Shown here piece after piece: positions 63,207-64,000 of a DNA stretch of 64,000 nt (position 1 is its first letter; every line of letters begins with the position of its first letter). The stretch spans positions 640 through 64,639 of the forward strand of contig JACPLA010000021.1 in assembly GCA_016186715.1 (NCBI GenBank), written 5' to 3'. The translations under genes and the position numbers were made by a program. This DNA comes from Ignavibacteriales bacterium (GTDB lineage Bacteria > Bacteroidota > Ignavibacteria > UBA10030). The notes under the pieces are model-generated. The model had not been told where the DNA came from, made no database searches, and worked only from the letters and a program-made list of their open reading frames with translations.

Positions 63207-63320
63207 GTGGAAGTCCGGTTTCTCCCTGCGCCGCCAGATAGAAGTCCGATTTCTCCCCGTGCCGCCAGGTAGAAGTCCGATTTCTCCCCGCGCCGTCTAT
63301 AGGAGAAATCGGACTTCTAC
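63207..63320. repeat. Three tandem ~31-nt GTAG-type units plus one inverted half
   Basis: GTAGAAGTCCGATTTCTCCCCGCGCCG x3 (imperfect) then GGAGAAATCGGACTTCTAC. Confidence 0.85.
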
Positions 63321-63496
63321 CCTCGCCAAAAAAAATGCCACCTTCTGGGAGATGGCATTACGAGATAACGAACTGACGAAATAACCAATCAACGAATTGA
63401 CAAAGCGACGAATCACAGCGAAGATTTGAACGGTTTTCTGTCAGCGCCTCACCGGCCGGTCATCTCAGCCCTTACCCTTCACCCTTCACCACGCTC

Positions 63497-64000
63497 TTAT
63501 TTGACAAAGAGCATCTTCCTCATGACCGACTGCCCGCCGGACTCCAGGCGCGAGACGTAGACTCCGGTCGGAAGAGCCGATGCGTCGAACGTTGCCCGAT
63601 AGAGTCTTCCTGCGACCGCTTCTCCTTCGAAGAGAACGGCGACTTCCTGGCCGAGCATGTTATAGACCCTCAGGACGGCGCGGCCGTCTTCAGGAACGGT
63701 GAAGGAAATATTCGTCGTTGGATTAAACGGATTCGGGTAGTTAGGCTCAAGTGCAAGCTCCTGAGGAGCGAGACCGACTTCGACCTCCGCTGCAGAGTAG
63801 TACGTGTATGCTCCGCTGAAATCGATTTGCTTGATGCGGTACGCGTAGCGACCGGGCCAGAGGTCTGAATCAACGAATGAATATTCGCGGGGATCGGTTG
63901 TGGTGCCCGCTCCCTGAACAAATCCCACACGCGCCCATCCCTCTTGCTCCTCCGCCCCCACGCTCCTCCGCTCAATCTCAAAGCCGTAGTTGTTCAGCTC
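63497..64000 (-). CDS. Secreted protein with T9SS type A sorting domain, C-terminal part (runs off right edge)
   Basis: ELNNYGFEIER, GFV.G.GTT, YR.KQIDF.G, NYPNPFNPTT.I.F, GVY..RL...KM..K. Confidence 0.9.
   Translation of the reverse strand, partial: ELNNYGFEIERRSVGAEEQEGWARVGFVQGAGTTTDPREYSFVDSDLWPGRYAYRIKQIDFSGAYTYYSAAEVEVGLAPQELALEPNYPNPFNPTTNISFTVPEDGRAVLRVYNMLGQEVAVLFEGEAVAGRLYRATFDASALPTGVYVSRLESGGQSVMRKMLFVK

Noticed and set aside
63207..63320. Possible CRISPR array
   Set aside because: Units are contiguous with no unique spacers and no cas genes nearby
63385..63495. Weak 7-8 nt periodic tracts (CCCTTCA-like)
   Set aside because: Too short and lacking an inverted partner to assign to the heptamer hairpin family

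Overview
Bacterial chromosomal window, most consistent with an Ignavibacteria-like member of the Bacteroidota/Chlorobi group (T9SS-type C-terminal domains with YPNPFNP, fused lpxC-fabZ, two ompH genes next to bamA, canonical TTGACA-17-TAnnnT promoters and SD sites). Left ~24.7 kb is an accessory island. It holds a complete form I aerobic Mo-Cu CO dehydrogenase cluster (TetR-coxMSL-coxG-coxD-coxE-xdhC/YHS-moaA-mocA-xdhC fragment-MerT-like-xdhC), the 3' half of comM, a cobalamin-riboswitch-controlled uptake operon with two Dph6-like ATP pyrophosphatases, and gene debris. It is punctuated by four copies of a double-HTH (Xre-like) gene; three begin at a shared CAGGG-N5-TTGCC junction, one of which is the comM breakpoint. 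Right ~39 kb is mostly core genome: apaG, slyD, surE, panB, lpxA/C-fabZ/D, ompH x2, bamA, uppS, clpC, csp, DPP-IV, citrate synthase, hemB, hemL, type IV pilus genes. The most striking unexplained structure is a family of long hairpins built from 7-nt periodic units. They directly repeat on both sides of a four-helix-bundle (IVP/Avd-like) gene, precede a second truncated one, and occur once empty, carrying nested mini-hairpin insertions. No CRISPR array, rRNA, tRNA, integrase, transposase or reverse transcriptase was recognised. Family calls come from motif recognition by eye, not database searches. Several single-base indels could be sequencing errors.
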